Counted from the whole stretch's first letter, positions 26,021-38,716 are shown. The stretch: 62,971 nt of DNA, filler included, from Octopus bimaculoides (GCF_001194135.2; 8 parts of 5 records of this genome joined end to end with filler, not necessarily neighbours in it); one strand, 5' to 3'. Notes: a model not told the origin generated them from the letters alone. Program-made: numbers and translations.

Positions 26021-26950
26021 TAGCAGAAATACCGCTCCCTGGGTAGTTTTCTGCTAGTCCTTTGATAAAACTTTCACATCTGATTCCCATTTCTAATAAT
26101 TGTTATGATATTTTACGTCTTATTATTTCTCTGTATAACAGGGCTCACTTGCTTAGTAAATATTGCTTTCATTATTTTATCACAATCATAATCTCTCGTT
26201 TTTAAACAAACATCACGGTAGTCCAACAATAGACGGAGAAGCAGTTTGTCAAGTTTTACCTTCCCCTCAAAGCAGCATAGAGATTTCACTTCAGCAGCCC
26301 ATCTGTAAGCTTTGCACTGTGTGTGTGTGTGTGAGAGAGAGAAAGAGAGAGCATTGCAAATAATGATTGAAATAAATATGAAATGAAAAAATCGCATAAA
26401 TAAAAGGGCAAAACTACAGATATATACGCCCCGACTTTGTTGCCTCATAGCATCCAGAAAAATGGATACTTTTTAACAAATTTTTTTACAAATACTGCTT
26501 AGATGTTGAGGCTTCATAGTATATAGGGATTTTTGGGAAAGAATTTTTCCGAGGCGAGGAGAGAGGAGTTTCGGAAAATTCACACGATCTGACTTGTTTC
26601 CCTCATAACTTCCAGGAAGATGGCTATCTTTTGATGAAAATTTATACAAATCCCTTTTAGACGGCATAGATTACGATTATAAGAAATTTGTAGGGAAAAT
26701 TATTTCGGAAATTTGAGAAATTAGGAATTTTTTGCAACCCCACTCCCTGCCACCGATTGTTTCTGTTTAGAAATTAAAATATTGGTGAGCCTGAGAAGGT
26801 CATTGCTGGAATTTATCCACAATGGTTTTTAAAAAATGAAGGAGATGTACATGCATAGCCAGTGACTTGATCTGAGATCGTGTGCTGAAACAAAAACAAT
26901 TACAGCGTAGATGTTTGTAAGCCATTCAAGAACACAAAAAATCAGTAAGT

Positions 26951-27141
26951 TTCATGGCACTACTTAAATACAGAGGTCTTGATGAATCTACGTAACGATA
27001 TGAAGTGTGGGGGGGGGGGGTTAGTTTTAGGGGTTAGGGTTAGTTAGGGTTAGGATTAGGGCTAGGGTGTCATTACACATCCACACAGCGTACATTTAAA
27101 TTGTTTTGTACGTAACACCTGTATTTAAGTAGTACCGTGAA
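26951..27141. mobile_element. MITE-like element with 24-bp terminal inverted repeats enclosing degenerate (TTAGGG)n
   Basis: TTCATGGCACTACTTAAATACAGA (26951-26974) versus CCTGTATTTAAGTAGTACCGTGAA (27118-27141); internal GGGTTAG variants at about 27018-27067. Confidence 0.75.
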
Positions 27142-27295
27142 GGGGCTTCTGTACTAACCAGTTTCACCTCAACATTAAAATTTCATTTGTGTCAATATAT
27201 TTTCGTCGCTTTGAAACCGCGACAAAACTTCACAAAAGTGATGCAGCACGAAGTTTTGTCAGTGAGCACACACACACACACACTCTCTCTCTCCC

Positions 27296-27327
<32 letters not shown>

Positions 27328-28106
27328 TACACACACACGCACACACATTCATTGCCTTTCATTTGTGTGCATGTGTATCTATGCGTATGTGCGAGTGTAT
27401 ATATGTGTGTGTCTGTGTCACTGTTGAAGTCACTCGTGCAACTTGTTTGTGTTAGTGGCGTAGAATGTTTGGAAACTGAATAAGGTGCGGTAACGTCTTT
27501 TTTCTCCTCATCTTCTAATAGTAATTACCCAACTTTCTAACCTCTTCTGATAACTATCCCACAATGAAAAATTATACGGGTATTTTAAAAATTTACATTC
27601 AATAAATAATAGATTACATGCACATTTATAGAATAAACTGTCGGTTTTCCAAATAGCGAATAAAAACTTAAAAGAGAAAGTGAGAGACTTTGCAAATGAG
27701 AATGGAATACTCCGCAGTGAATGCAATGAATATTTAAATCTATGAAGAATTGGACGCAGTGAATGCAATGTATATTTAAATTTGCAAAAAAATGGAATTA
27801 AAAAGATTTAATAAATTTGAGAAATCGAAATTCTAGAAAATTTTTTAGAACATCAATTTATAAAAATATTTCCAGACGGTAAACCTTTTAATAATTGCTT
27901 TCTCTTATTACATTTAGTCATTGTTTCACACCTAATTAATAAGCAGCTTTGACCATTATAGAATAGATATATCATCAACTATAATGAATACACTGTATAC
28001 GTGTGTGCGCACGTGTGCATGTATATCTCTGTGCGCGTTTCAGCGTGTAAGCATGTGACAGTGATTGTGCGTACATGTGGATCCTCAGATTCCAAAGAAG
28101 GAGAAG

Positions 28107-28149
<43 letters not shown>

Positions 28150-28476
28150 AAAGAGAGAGAGAGAGATGTTGATTAGCTTTGAGATGTCTATAGCACTTTA
28201 GTACTCGAATGATATTCTGGAGTTAATCTGTGGTTGACATTTGTTCTTCTAAATTCCGAGAAGGGCATTTTATTCTGCTATGCCGAATAATTGATTTAAA
28301 TCAAAAACAAAATCATTAAGGAAGAATCAATATAAACTGCAAGAATATATCTACAGTTTGGTGTTCTTTTTTATTTAATTTAAATACACACACCAATATA
28401 CAAACATACATACATATATGTATGTGAGTGTGTGTGTGTGTTTATGTACATATCTATCTATCTATCTATCTATCTA

Positions 28477-28531
<55 letters not shown>

Positions 28532-29159
28532 TTATATATATATATATATATATATNNNNNNNNNNNNNNNNNNNNNNNNNNNNNNNNNNNNNNNNNNNNN
28601 NNNNNNNNNNNNNNNNNNNNNNNNNNNNNNNNNNNNNNNNNNNNNNNNNNNNNNNNNNNNNNNNNNNNNNNNNNNNNNNNNNNNNNNNNNNNNNNNNNNN
28701 NNNNNNNNNNNNNNNNNNNNNNNNNNNNNNNNNNNNNNNNNNNNNNNNNNNNNNNNNNNNNNNNNNNNNNNNNNNNNNNNNNNNNNNNNNNNNNNNNNNN
28801 NNNNNNNNNNNNNNNNNNNNNNNNNNNNNNNNNNNNNNNNNNNNNNNNNNNNNNNNNNNNNNNNNNNNNNNNNNNNNNNNNNNNNNNNNNNNNNNNNNNN
28901 NNNNNNNNNNNNNNNNNNNNNNNNNNNNNNNNNNNNNNNNNNNNNNNNNNNNNNNNNNNNNNNNNNNNNNNNNNNNNNNNNNNNNNNNNNNNNNNNNNNN
29001 NNNNNNNNNNNNNNNNNNNNNNNNNNNNNNNNNNNNNNNNNNNNNNNNNNNNNNNNNNNNNNNNNNNNNNNNNNNNNNNNNNNTATAATACAAATAATAA
29101 ATGAGTATATGCATATATACATACATGTATGTACATACTTACATCTACCTGTATATATA

Positions 29160-29571
29160 AAACAAAACATGAAAACGAATCAGTGAGAACAAACAAGAAG
29201 GCTGTACGGCCAGACGTGAAAGAAATATGTGTATGCTGAACGCTGTAAAGCAACGAACTGGAAGGGAGACGAAGAATGTTCGTGCCAGCTTCGCGAAAGC
29301 GAAGATATGAAAGAAAGATAAGTAGCCGGGCACGTGACCAGCGAAGGGTGAGGAGAAGGAGTGGTAGAAGGAGAAAAAAGGGGGATGAAGTAGAAGATAG
29401 GTGAGCAAAGAGAGACAGGGAGGAAGAAAGAGATATAGTAGAGAAAGAGAAAGGCGAAGAACAACAGATGGAAGAACGAGAAGGGGAGAAAGATACAAAG
29501 GTAGACAGAGTCGCGTCAGAAAAATAAAGTTTAAAACTTACTTGCAAGGAGGACGCGTGCGTTCGATCATG
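29160..29571. mobile_element. 412-bp repeat-like insert flanked by 74-bp direct repeats (possible Penelope-like terminal region)
   Basis: Flanks 29086-29159 and 29572-29645 differ at 2 positions; family identity is inference. Confidence 0.45.
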
Positions 29572-29864
29572 TAATACAAATAATAAATGAGTATATGCAT
29601 ATATACGTACATGTATGTACATACTTACATCTACTTGTATATATAGATGCATATCTGGGTACAGGACATTGCAAACAAAACGTAGACAAAATGATAAACA
29701 AGTACAGAAAACACACAGGCCACATAGAGAACATTTCTTTCATCAGTTGCCACCATTCAACACTNNNNNNNNNNNNNNNNNNNNNNNNNNNNNNNNNNNN
29801 NNNNNNNNTTAATTAATTAANNNNNNNNNNNNNNNNNNNNNNNNNNNNNNNNNNNNNNNNNNNN

Positions 29865-29946
29865 GTGACTTGATGTCATTTAGAAGGTAACCTTGCTTCC
29901 AAGCTGACGCCAAGCCACGTACATTTACACAACCTAATTTAAGCAT
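29865..29946 (-). CDS. LINE ORF2 N-terminus (apurinic-like endonuclease), partial
   Basis: ATG at 29946 gives MLKLGCVNVRGLASAWKQGYLLNDIKS, open into the gap. Confidence 0.75.
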
Positions 29947-30002
29947 AATTCAAGTCGAAATTTGTGTTTCATACACGACAGTAAAAGAGACAAGAGAGAA
30001 GG

Positions 30003-31995
30003 TTACTTACTCGTTTCGAAAGTTTTAGCTTCCTCTTCTTTTGAAGTATCTTGGAAGAGGTTTTTGAAGAATTTCTTTGATAAATATTTTTGGAACCCCC
30101 CAACCGCATTCGGAAAGAGGGTTTTGAGTGTGTGGTGCTGCCTTTGTGTGATGTGAACTATTTTGATGTGTTTCGGTGGTGTAGTGCGTGGATGATTGTT
30201 AAGCTTATAATCATCTTCAGAAATGTTTGTTTGAGATATGATGTAGTACATTAGTCTTGTGTATTTTGTGTCTATCGCTGATAGCATTGTGTGCGTTTTT
30301 GTGATGTTGGTGCTGCTTTGTTTGTGCAAGGGGCTTTCAGCGGTTACATATTTCCCTGCTTTGCATGCATTTAATTTTGGGGTTGTTTTTGATCTTTTTC
30401 TTTTACCTCCTGTGGCTATTTGCCATTATGTAGAACTTTCATTGTTAGACGAAATGTCTGACGAATCAGAAGGGGATAAAGGCAAAGCATTTGGTTCTAT
30501 TTGTGTGTTTGTCGATGGTGTTGTGGTGTGTGGTGTGTGTGTTGTTGGGGAGTTGGGAGTAGTATTGGTCTTTTCTTCGTTCTCAGTGGTTGTCTTCTTG
30601 GTTGTTGTTCTTGGTGTTGGTGTTGGTCTGTCTCTAGTTGTTGTTGGTGGTGTTGTTTCTGTTTTTGGCTCAGGTGGTGGTGTTGTTTGGTTGGGTTGGT
30701 TTGTTCGTTGTTGCCGTTCTTTCGTTTTCGCATATAGCTGCTTGATCAGTTGTGCATACGGTGGTGTAGGTAATAATGCTGGTGTTTTGGGTTTTTGGTT
30801 TTCCCGTGGCTGTTGTTGTTGTTGCTGTTGTTTCGCGGCAGAATTGCAATCCTTTTGGAAGTGAGCTTCACTGCCACATATATAACAGCGTGGTCGTCTG
30901 CCTTCCACCACTACATACAGCCTTTGCGTTGATGATAACTTTATGTAGGTGGGTATTTTATTTAGTGACTCCTGGGTAATATGGAGAAGGATCTCCATTT
31001 TATTACCCACCCACTGTTGCTTTTCAGAAACATTAATTTTTAATATGTCAACTTACTCCATATCGACACATACGGCTGATGTTATCCATAGTGTGTCTAC
31101 CGTGGGAGGAATATTTTTTATGATAACCCTTGTTACCCTCTGACCAAGGTAACTTGGTATCATTGTTAACTCTTCTGTCTTAAGAGTTAGCGTTGAGAAT
31201 CGTTTTGCTAACTCTTCACTTTGAAAAATAACTTGCACATGGGCAAATTTATGCCACTAAGTTACATAATCTTTATATGGCCATACAAATCTCAAGCATT
31301 TCTCGATCTTTTCCGTGCTTGCTTTTTGTTTTTTTTTGTTTCGGAGTTTAAAATTTTATAAATAATTGTCTTTTTGTTTATGTCTTCTAAAATGTCTTGT
31401 GGTATGTTGATCCGTACCTCGTCATTTTCTTTCGTAAGTAAAGCCTTTGTATCTTTTATCTGCTGTGCAGTAAAAGATACTACCATCGTTTTTTGCCTTA
31501 TCGCCTCGGCGAAGTTTGTTTTGATCTTGTTATTGTTGTTGTTGGGGGTGGTGCTGGTGTTGATGGCAAAGGTGACAGTTGTTGCTGTATTAGCGTTGTT
31601 GTTGGCGGTTCTGATTCTGGTAGGTGTTGTTGTTGTGGCAGATGGGTGACCTTCTTCTTGTGTACTCCTCTGACCTTCACATGAGTTACGAAGTGGCGGG
31701 AAATTTTTCTCATAATTTTTTTCGGCGTTCAGGCGTATTTGAGCAAATTGTTTAGCGATCATGCTCTTCTCTTTCACCCCTTCCGTTGTATGTGGTGAAA
31801 GGAACAAAAGAGGAGTGGAGTTGTTGTTCTTTTTGTTATTGTTGTTCTTGGTGGTAGTGGTGGCTGCGAAGTCGGTGGCAGTAGTGGTTTTGGTTTTGTT
31901 GTCGTTGGTGGTGGTCGTAATGGTGGTAGTGGAGTTGGTGAAGGCAGTAGTAGTAAACGCAGCATTCCTGGTCTCTACGTCTTGTGTTCGTTCAT
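30003..31995 (-). pseudogene. Decayed LINE ORF1 (gag-like nucleic-acid-binding protein, about 660 codons)
   Basis: ORF-track pieces 31053-31238, 30426-31010 and 30003-30329 share one frame, broken only by single stops (31257, 31053, 30426); frameshifts near 31330 (poly-T) and 31985; RVTRVIIKNIPP (RRM-like) and CYICGSEAHFQKDC (CX2CX4HX4C); T/N/P/Q-rich linkers. Confidence 0.85.
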
Positions 31996-33796
31996 ATTTG
32001 TTTTACGAAGTATGGCAAATAAGCCGGAGAAAAATCAAAAACTTTTGGAAATAAACCCCAGAAGGAGCCACTTCCTATTACAAAAACCCAATAGGGTCGA
32101 AGTGTATAGTTTTATACATTTCTTCCACCCAAAATATTTTAAAACTGCAAAATTTTTGACATATAAAAGGCCAACTTACTTGCGAGCCGTTGCGACTAGC
32201 ATCCGTCCAGATCAGAGATAGATAGATAGATAGATAGATAGATAAATAGATAGATTGACAGATAGATAGACAAATAGATAAATAAATAGAAAGGGGGACG
32301 ATGAGTTTAGTTTTAGTCGATTTATATATGAAATATAATTTGCATTAATGATATAGAACTATATCTTGAACAAAGTAACTTATATTCAAAGTAAATGTGT
32401 AAAATATAGGCATAGCTTGAGACTACTTTCAACGGGGTCTCGAACCGATCAAGAATCAAAATTTACTTATTTTTCAAATGCATTTAGATAACACAGAAAT
32501 ATGAAAGTGGATTTATACATATTTCAAAATGTAACACCATTGGGGTTTTGTGGAATTCCAATAGTCGTGCTAAAATTGGAAATTGCTTACTCTGAACATC
32601 ATTCAATTCTGTCTAAAGTATCTAAACCTGAAAACATTATATGTTTTCTGAAGTGTTTATAATACTTGTGGGTTTTGAATCACAGCAATCACTGTAATCA
32701 CAGCATATCCAGCAGAAAAGTACAAACAGTAAAAGAAGATCTATTATATGCTTCGTATTGTCAAATAGTTAATTCTTCATTACTTGCAAATTCGACAACG
32801 TTTAAATAACCAGAGATGAATAATAATATTTTCGTTTCAGATCTTGCACAACTTTCGTATATCTGACAGCATAATTTGAGATTCTGAAACACTTCACAGG
32901 ATAGAATATGTTAATTATAGTATTTATAATCTCTGTCAGGCTTGTTGTCTGATGCTGAGTCTTTGTGCCATGATATTCACATATTAATATGGTAATTATA
33001 ATATTTATAATCATTCTAAGGATTCCTTTCTAATGCAACGGCTTTGTTGTTAAGATATTGAACATTCTCACGTAGTTTCAGATAGAATTTGTTCAGTGAG
33101 CTTTATATGTAATGGGTTTCTCATTGAACAATATTCTCATTTCTTCTCTGGTGCATTTATCGAATACCATATATTATCATAATGAGATATTCTATAGCTT
33201 AGAATCCTAATCTTTTAATATTACGACAAAGAGTTACAGAAAAAGAACAATCTTAAGCAAATAGTTTTACTACTTCCTGACAGAAGAAACAAGAGCTTCA
33301 GTAGATCTAACCTAACATTAGTATTGCTTAATCGTCATTTACAGGCTTATAGAATGTTCAGAGAACTACAATCATATATACATTAAACACGTACATATGT
33401 GTTCGAAAAGAGTCACTGTCTGCACCATATCCACTGAGCCACGCGCCTTCACTATATACTGAGTGTGTGCTTGTGTGTATGTGTGTAAGCAGTCTAACAG
33501 TCCATAAGTCAGGAAAAATGCATTCGTATATTTGTCAGTAGAGTAGGTATACCAATTGAAATATACAGTATTATATATTCGTTACAGCCGATCTTACCAA
33601 TCATTTTCACTTTATATGTTCAACGGAGTGTTAGTTAATAGTCTGATTATGTAACTCCACGCTCTTCAGTGGTAGCCGCTATGGAATGAAATATGGTGAC
33701 CTCTATAGAGCGAAGGGTTACATAATGAGACTAGTGCGAAACTGATTCGTAAAAAGAGCCGCAAAGGATATAATACTGTACAGTTCAATCAATCAA

Positions 33797-33830
<34 letters not shown>

Positions 33831-33885
33831 NNNNNNNNNNNNNNNNNNNNNNNNNNNNNNNNNNNNNNNNNNNNNNNNNNNNNNN

Positions 33886-33931
<46 letters not shown>

Positions 33932-35299
33932 CGATAGATAAGTAGATAGATAGATGCTAGCAACTCGTGTTAAAACAAATATTAAAATAATTTTCTTTTT
34001 GTTACTACATATATAAATCACCGACTTCTGAAGCCTAACAGTTGACAATATTGAGTGCAGTCTGAGCTATACACATCCTTTCAGTAAGATATTTCATATT
34101 TTATTAAAATAGAATCGTAATCATCTTTTGGATTGCATAATATTATATATGACTTGAACGCACCTTTTTTCTTATTGTAGTCCTCTATATCATATACATT
34201 AATAAGCAGATCCGATTTTTGTTTCATATTACACACAGATAAATATACATGCATACATACATACATACATACATACATNNNNNNNNNNNNNNNNNNNNNN
34301 NNNNNNNNNNNNNNNNNNNNNNNNNNNNNNNNNNNNNNNNNNNNNNNNNNNNNNNNNNNNNNNNNNNNNNNNNNNNNNNNNNNNNNNNNNNNNNNNNNNN
34401 NNNNNNNNNNNNNNNNNNNNNNNNNNNNNNNNNNNNNNNNNNNNNNNNNNNNNNNNNNNNNNNNNNNNNNNNNNNNNNNNNNNNNNNNNNNNNNNNNNNN
34501 NNNNNNNNNNNNNNNNNNNNNNNNNNNNNNNNNNNNNNNNNNNNNNNNNNNNNNNNNNNNNNNNNNNNNNNNNNNNNNNNNNNNNNNNNNNNNNNNNNNN
34601 NNNNNNNNNNNNNNNNNNNNNNNNNNNNNNNNNNNNNNNNNNNNNNNNNNNNNNNNNNNNNNNNNNNNNNNNNNNNNNNNNNNNNNNNNNNNNNNNNNNN
34701 NNNNNNNNNNNNNNNNNNNNNNNNNNNNNNNNNNNNNNNNNNNNNNNNNNNNNNNNNNNNNNNNNNNNNNNNNNNNNNNNNNNNNNNNNNNNNNNNNNNN
34801 NNNNNNNNNNNNNNNNNNNNNNNNNNNNNNNNNNNNNNNNNNNNNNNNNNNNNNNNNNNNNNNNNNNNNNNNNNNNNNNNNNNNNNNNNNNNNNNNNNNN
34901 NNNNNNNNNNNNNNNNNNNNNNNNNNNNNNNNNNNNNNNNNNNNNNNNNNNNNNNNNNNNNNNNNNNNNNNNNNNNNNNNNNNNNNNNNNNNNNNNNNNN
35001 NNNNNNNNNNNNNNNNNNNNNNNNNNNNNNNNNNNNNNNNNNNNNNNNNNNNNNNNNNNNNNNNNNNNNNNNNNNNNNNNNNNNNNNNNNNNNNNNNNNN
35101 NNNNNNNNNNNNNNNNNNNNNNNNNNNNNNNNNNNNNNNNNNNNNNNNNNNNNNNNNNNNNNNNNNNNNNNNNNNNNNNNNNNNNNNNNNNNNNNNNNNA
35201 TATATATATATATATATATAATTCCATTAATTCCTCTAGTAGTGATGGACTGTGCAGTCCATTATAGTCTACTTTCCTAACTCTCACCTAACTTTACAA

Positions 35300-36600
35300 A
35301 ATATGACACATTCAAACTCCCGATTTCACACAGTAATCGGATGAGGACATGGCAATCCCGAAGAACAACTACTGTTGCAATATAACTCACGTATTTGATT
35401 GGCTACGCATATACCTTTATGCGATCTAGTCCTCTAAAAGTGAATTCACATACTTCGTGAAGATGCTTGGAGCAATTGGATAAAATCATCGGTTCACATT
35501 TATTCTGTCCCTTATTTGTGTCTATTCAAGAAACCTTTCTCAATCTAAACAGAAAGATGCTTTGCATATACATGCTTGTATTCGAATCAAACACATCTTA
35601 GCACCCTTTCTTTTCCATTCGATACTGTGCAATAATTACCGTAGAAATATTTGCCCAAATATTCGTATTGAAATTTAAAATTTCTCATGAATTCTATTAC
35701 TGTACACATTTTCCTAATCTCAATGGGGTACATGAGTCAGTACAAATCAATAATGCATTGATATCACCAATAAAGCTGAAATTATTACGATTAGTTGTCC
35801 TTATATTCGTACTCCGTTAGGTCATAGTTGCAATCACACATTTCCTTAGTATGTTCCTTAGAGACTCATATTTAAAACATTGATTTCTGGTGGCAAGACC
35901 CTGTTTTTTTATGTCAGTTATATATTTGTTCCGCTTTCTGAAATGCTTGCATAATCTAGTGCCTAAACTTGTGTTTAATCTAAGAAGTTAACTATAATTT
36001 ATGTATGCCTATATTTGATTCTATATGACTTGGATGATTGTATGATGTCTTCCATAGTTTATCCTGTGTATCTATTGGCACCAATAGATATAGCTAATGT
36101 TCTTAGATAGAGCAAGCCAAAGAACTTCTTATTTGCAGTATCTGATTATATAATGTTATCGAACAACGACAACGTACACATCAGCATACAAATAGTAAAG
36201 AAGAGTTTCAGTCAGTTTGCTTGACACATGATGCACTTTCCTCAAAGAAAATCTTACCCATGCGTGCATAAATGACCTTTACATCGCTATAAGTTATTGC
36301 AATGTAAACTCAAAGTAAAATATAATACTTTGCATCATGATTACATGAATATCGATGGATAATAATCTACATTATCAAATTTACTTAAGTTTTCTGCTAT
36401 CGCTGAAACAGTTGATGCCAGATATGACCTCTCACAATATATATGCCATAGGGAAAAGTTATAGGCGTTCTAAATTTTATGATTGATATTCTTTAATATA
36501 TATTATTACAGATTAAGCCAATGCCCGATTCTGTAGAGCGTATCGTCTTATAAGTGGTAATACAGCCGAAATATTCTGGGGGTTTCTGAACGAGAGAACG
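35300..36600 (-). pseudogene. Possible very old LINE reverse-transcriptase remnant
   Basis: Motif-like pieces in the expected order (FDNI ~36165, KQG ~35900, FIGD ~35770, EYLG ~35655), but spacing is imperfect and stops are many. Confidence 0.3.
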
Positions 36601-37168
36601 CTCTAGCACTTTGCTTGGGAATATTTCCTATCATACACATTGTACCAAATAATTATATATTTAGAGTCACTATATATATATATATNNNNNNNNNNNNNNN
36701 NNNNNNNNNNNNNNNNNNNNNNNNNNNNNTTAATTAATTAANNNNNNNNNNNNNNNNNNNNNNNNNNNNNNNNNNNNNNNNNNNNATATATATATATATA
36801 TATATATATATATACTTGTGTGTGTGTTGCTAATTATCTACACGCATAATTTGTACATGTGTAGCGAACTTCATCTTTCAGCCTATAAGCGTATTGGTGG
36901 TGATGTTAAACATAGCAACGTATATGTGTATGTGTGTGAGAGAAAGAGAGAGGGAGAGAGAGGGAGAATGAAAAAGCGAGAGAAAGAAAGGGAGAAAGAG
37001 AGTGAGAGAGAGGGAGATAGCTGCATAAATGTATGCATACATACATGCTTACATACATATATATATATATAAGAAACGTATATATGTTCTTATCTATTAG
37101 AGGTAAAAGGCCCGAAATGTTGGGAGAAGGTTCCAGTTGTTTTTCATGTTTGTTCTTTTTGTTTGGAT

Positions 37169-37215
<47 letters not shown>

Positions 37216-37877
37216 NNNNNNNNNNNNNNNNNNNNNNNNNNNNNNNNNNNNNNNNNNNNNNNNNNNNNNNNNNNNNNNNNNNNNNNNNNNNNNNNNNNNN
37301 NNNNNNNNNNNNNNNNNNNNNNNNNNNNNNNNNNNNNNNNNNNNNNNNNNNNNNNNNNNNNNNNNNNNNNNNNNNNNNNNNNNNNNNNNNNNNNNNNNNN
37401 NNNNNNNNNNNNNNNNNNNNNNNNNNNNNNNNNNNNNNNNNNNNNNNNNNNNNNNNNNNNNNNNNNNNNNNNNNNNNNNNNNNNNNNNNNNNNNNNNNNN
37501 NNNNNNNNNNNNNNNNNNNNNNNNNNNNNNNNNNNNNNNNNNNNNNNNNNNNNNNNNNNNNNNNNNNNNNNNNNNNNNNNNNNNNNNNNNNNNNNNNNNN
37601 NNNNNNNNNNNNNNNNNNNNNNNNNNNNNNNNNNNNNNNNNNNNNNNNNNNNNNNNNNNNNNNNNNNNNNNNNNNNNNNNNNNNNNNNNNNNNNNNNNNN
37701 NNNNNNNNNNNNNNNNNNNNNNNNNNNNNNNNNNNNNNNNNNNNNNNNNNNNNNNNNNNNNNNNNNNNNNNNNNNNNNNNNNNNNNNNNNNNNNNNNNNN
37801 NNNNNNNNNNNNNNNNNNNNNNNNNNNNNNNNNNNNNNNNNNNNNNNNNNNNNNNNNNNNNNNNNNNNNNNNNNNNT

Positions 37878-37980
37878 TATTATTATTATTATTATTTTAT
37901 ATTTGACTTTTGTTTTGCATTTGTACAAGTTGGATCCAAGTCTCACCAAGAGACCTCAAGAGACAACAAGTTTATTATTA

Positions 37981-38032
<52 letters not shown>

Positions 38033-38657
38033 CATTATTATTATTATTATTATTGCTGTTGTTGTTGTTGTTGTTGAGAGAGCAGTGCATGCTATCAAAG
38101 TGACACTGAGGTAAAATATACGAAGCCCATTATACCCATCATGACTCCCCGTCTGATAAGGGTACACCAGGGACATGCATCACAACCATATGTACGCAAC
38201 ATGGTGATCGCATATCATGACCTTTCAGGTGGGGCCCAGTTAGAATTTTTTTCAGGTTGAATAGCACATCCCGCTCAAAAGGTCCCAGAATAAGGGTGGT
38301 TGAACAAACCATTCAAAGGATTATCCAAATAATTCCTCTCAACTATGATGCTCCCCCACCAATTCTGTTCATCATCACAGAGATGCACAACCACTAAGGG
38401 AAATGCTCAACTGGTTAAGGTGAAACAGCTGACAGGTAAATCTTTGGTATTGAGCAGAATATTTGCTGTAACGCATCTTTTATACCATGGCATAACATGT
38501 AAATGATAACACTTGCAATCAGTTAAGATCAAAAACCATGGGAGCCCATTGCCTTCTACTATATTTGGCTTTTATCATCATCATCATCATTATTATTATT
38601 GAGTGAGAGAGCAATGGCTATGATGCTCCCCCATTATTGTTATTATTATTATTATTA

Positions 38658-38716
<59 letters not shown>

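Larger units (their letters stand above)
29865..32216 (-). mobile_element. L1/Tx1-like non-LTR retrotransposon: 5' UTR, ORF1 and start of ORF2, truncated by an assembly gap
   Basis: ORF1 with CCHC knuckle followed by a 56-bp spacer and an ORF2 start MLKLGCVNVRGL, the typical APE motif I; begins immediately after a (TCTA)n run. Confidence 0.85.

Noticed and set aside
27713-27781. 27-bp direct repeat (also a ~20-bp repeat near 44011-44055)
   Set aside because: Simple local slippage duplications with only two units and no spacer pattern
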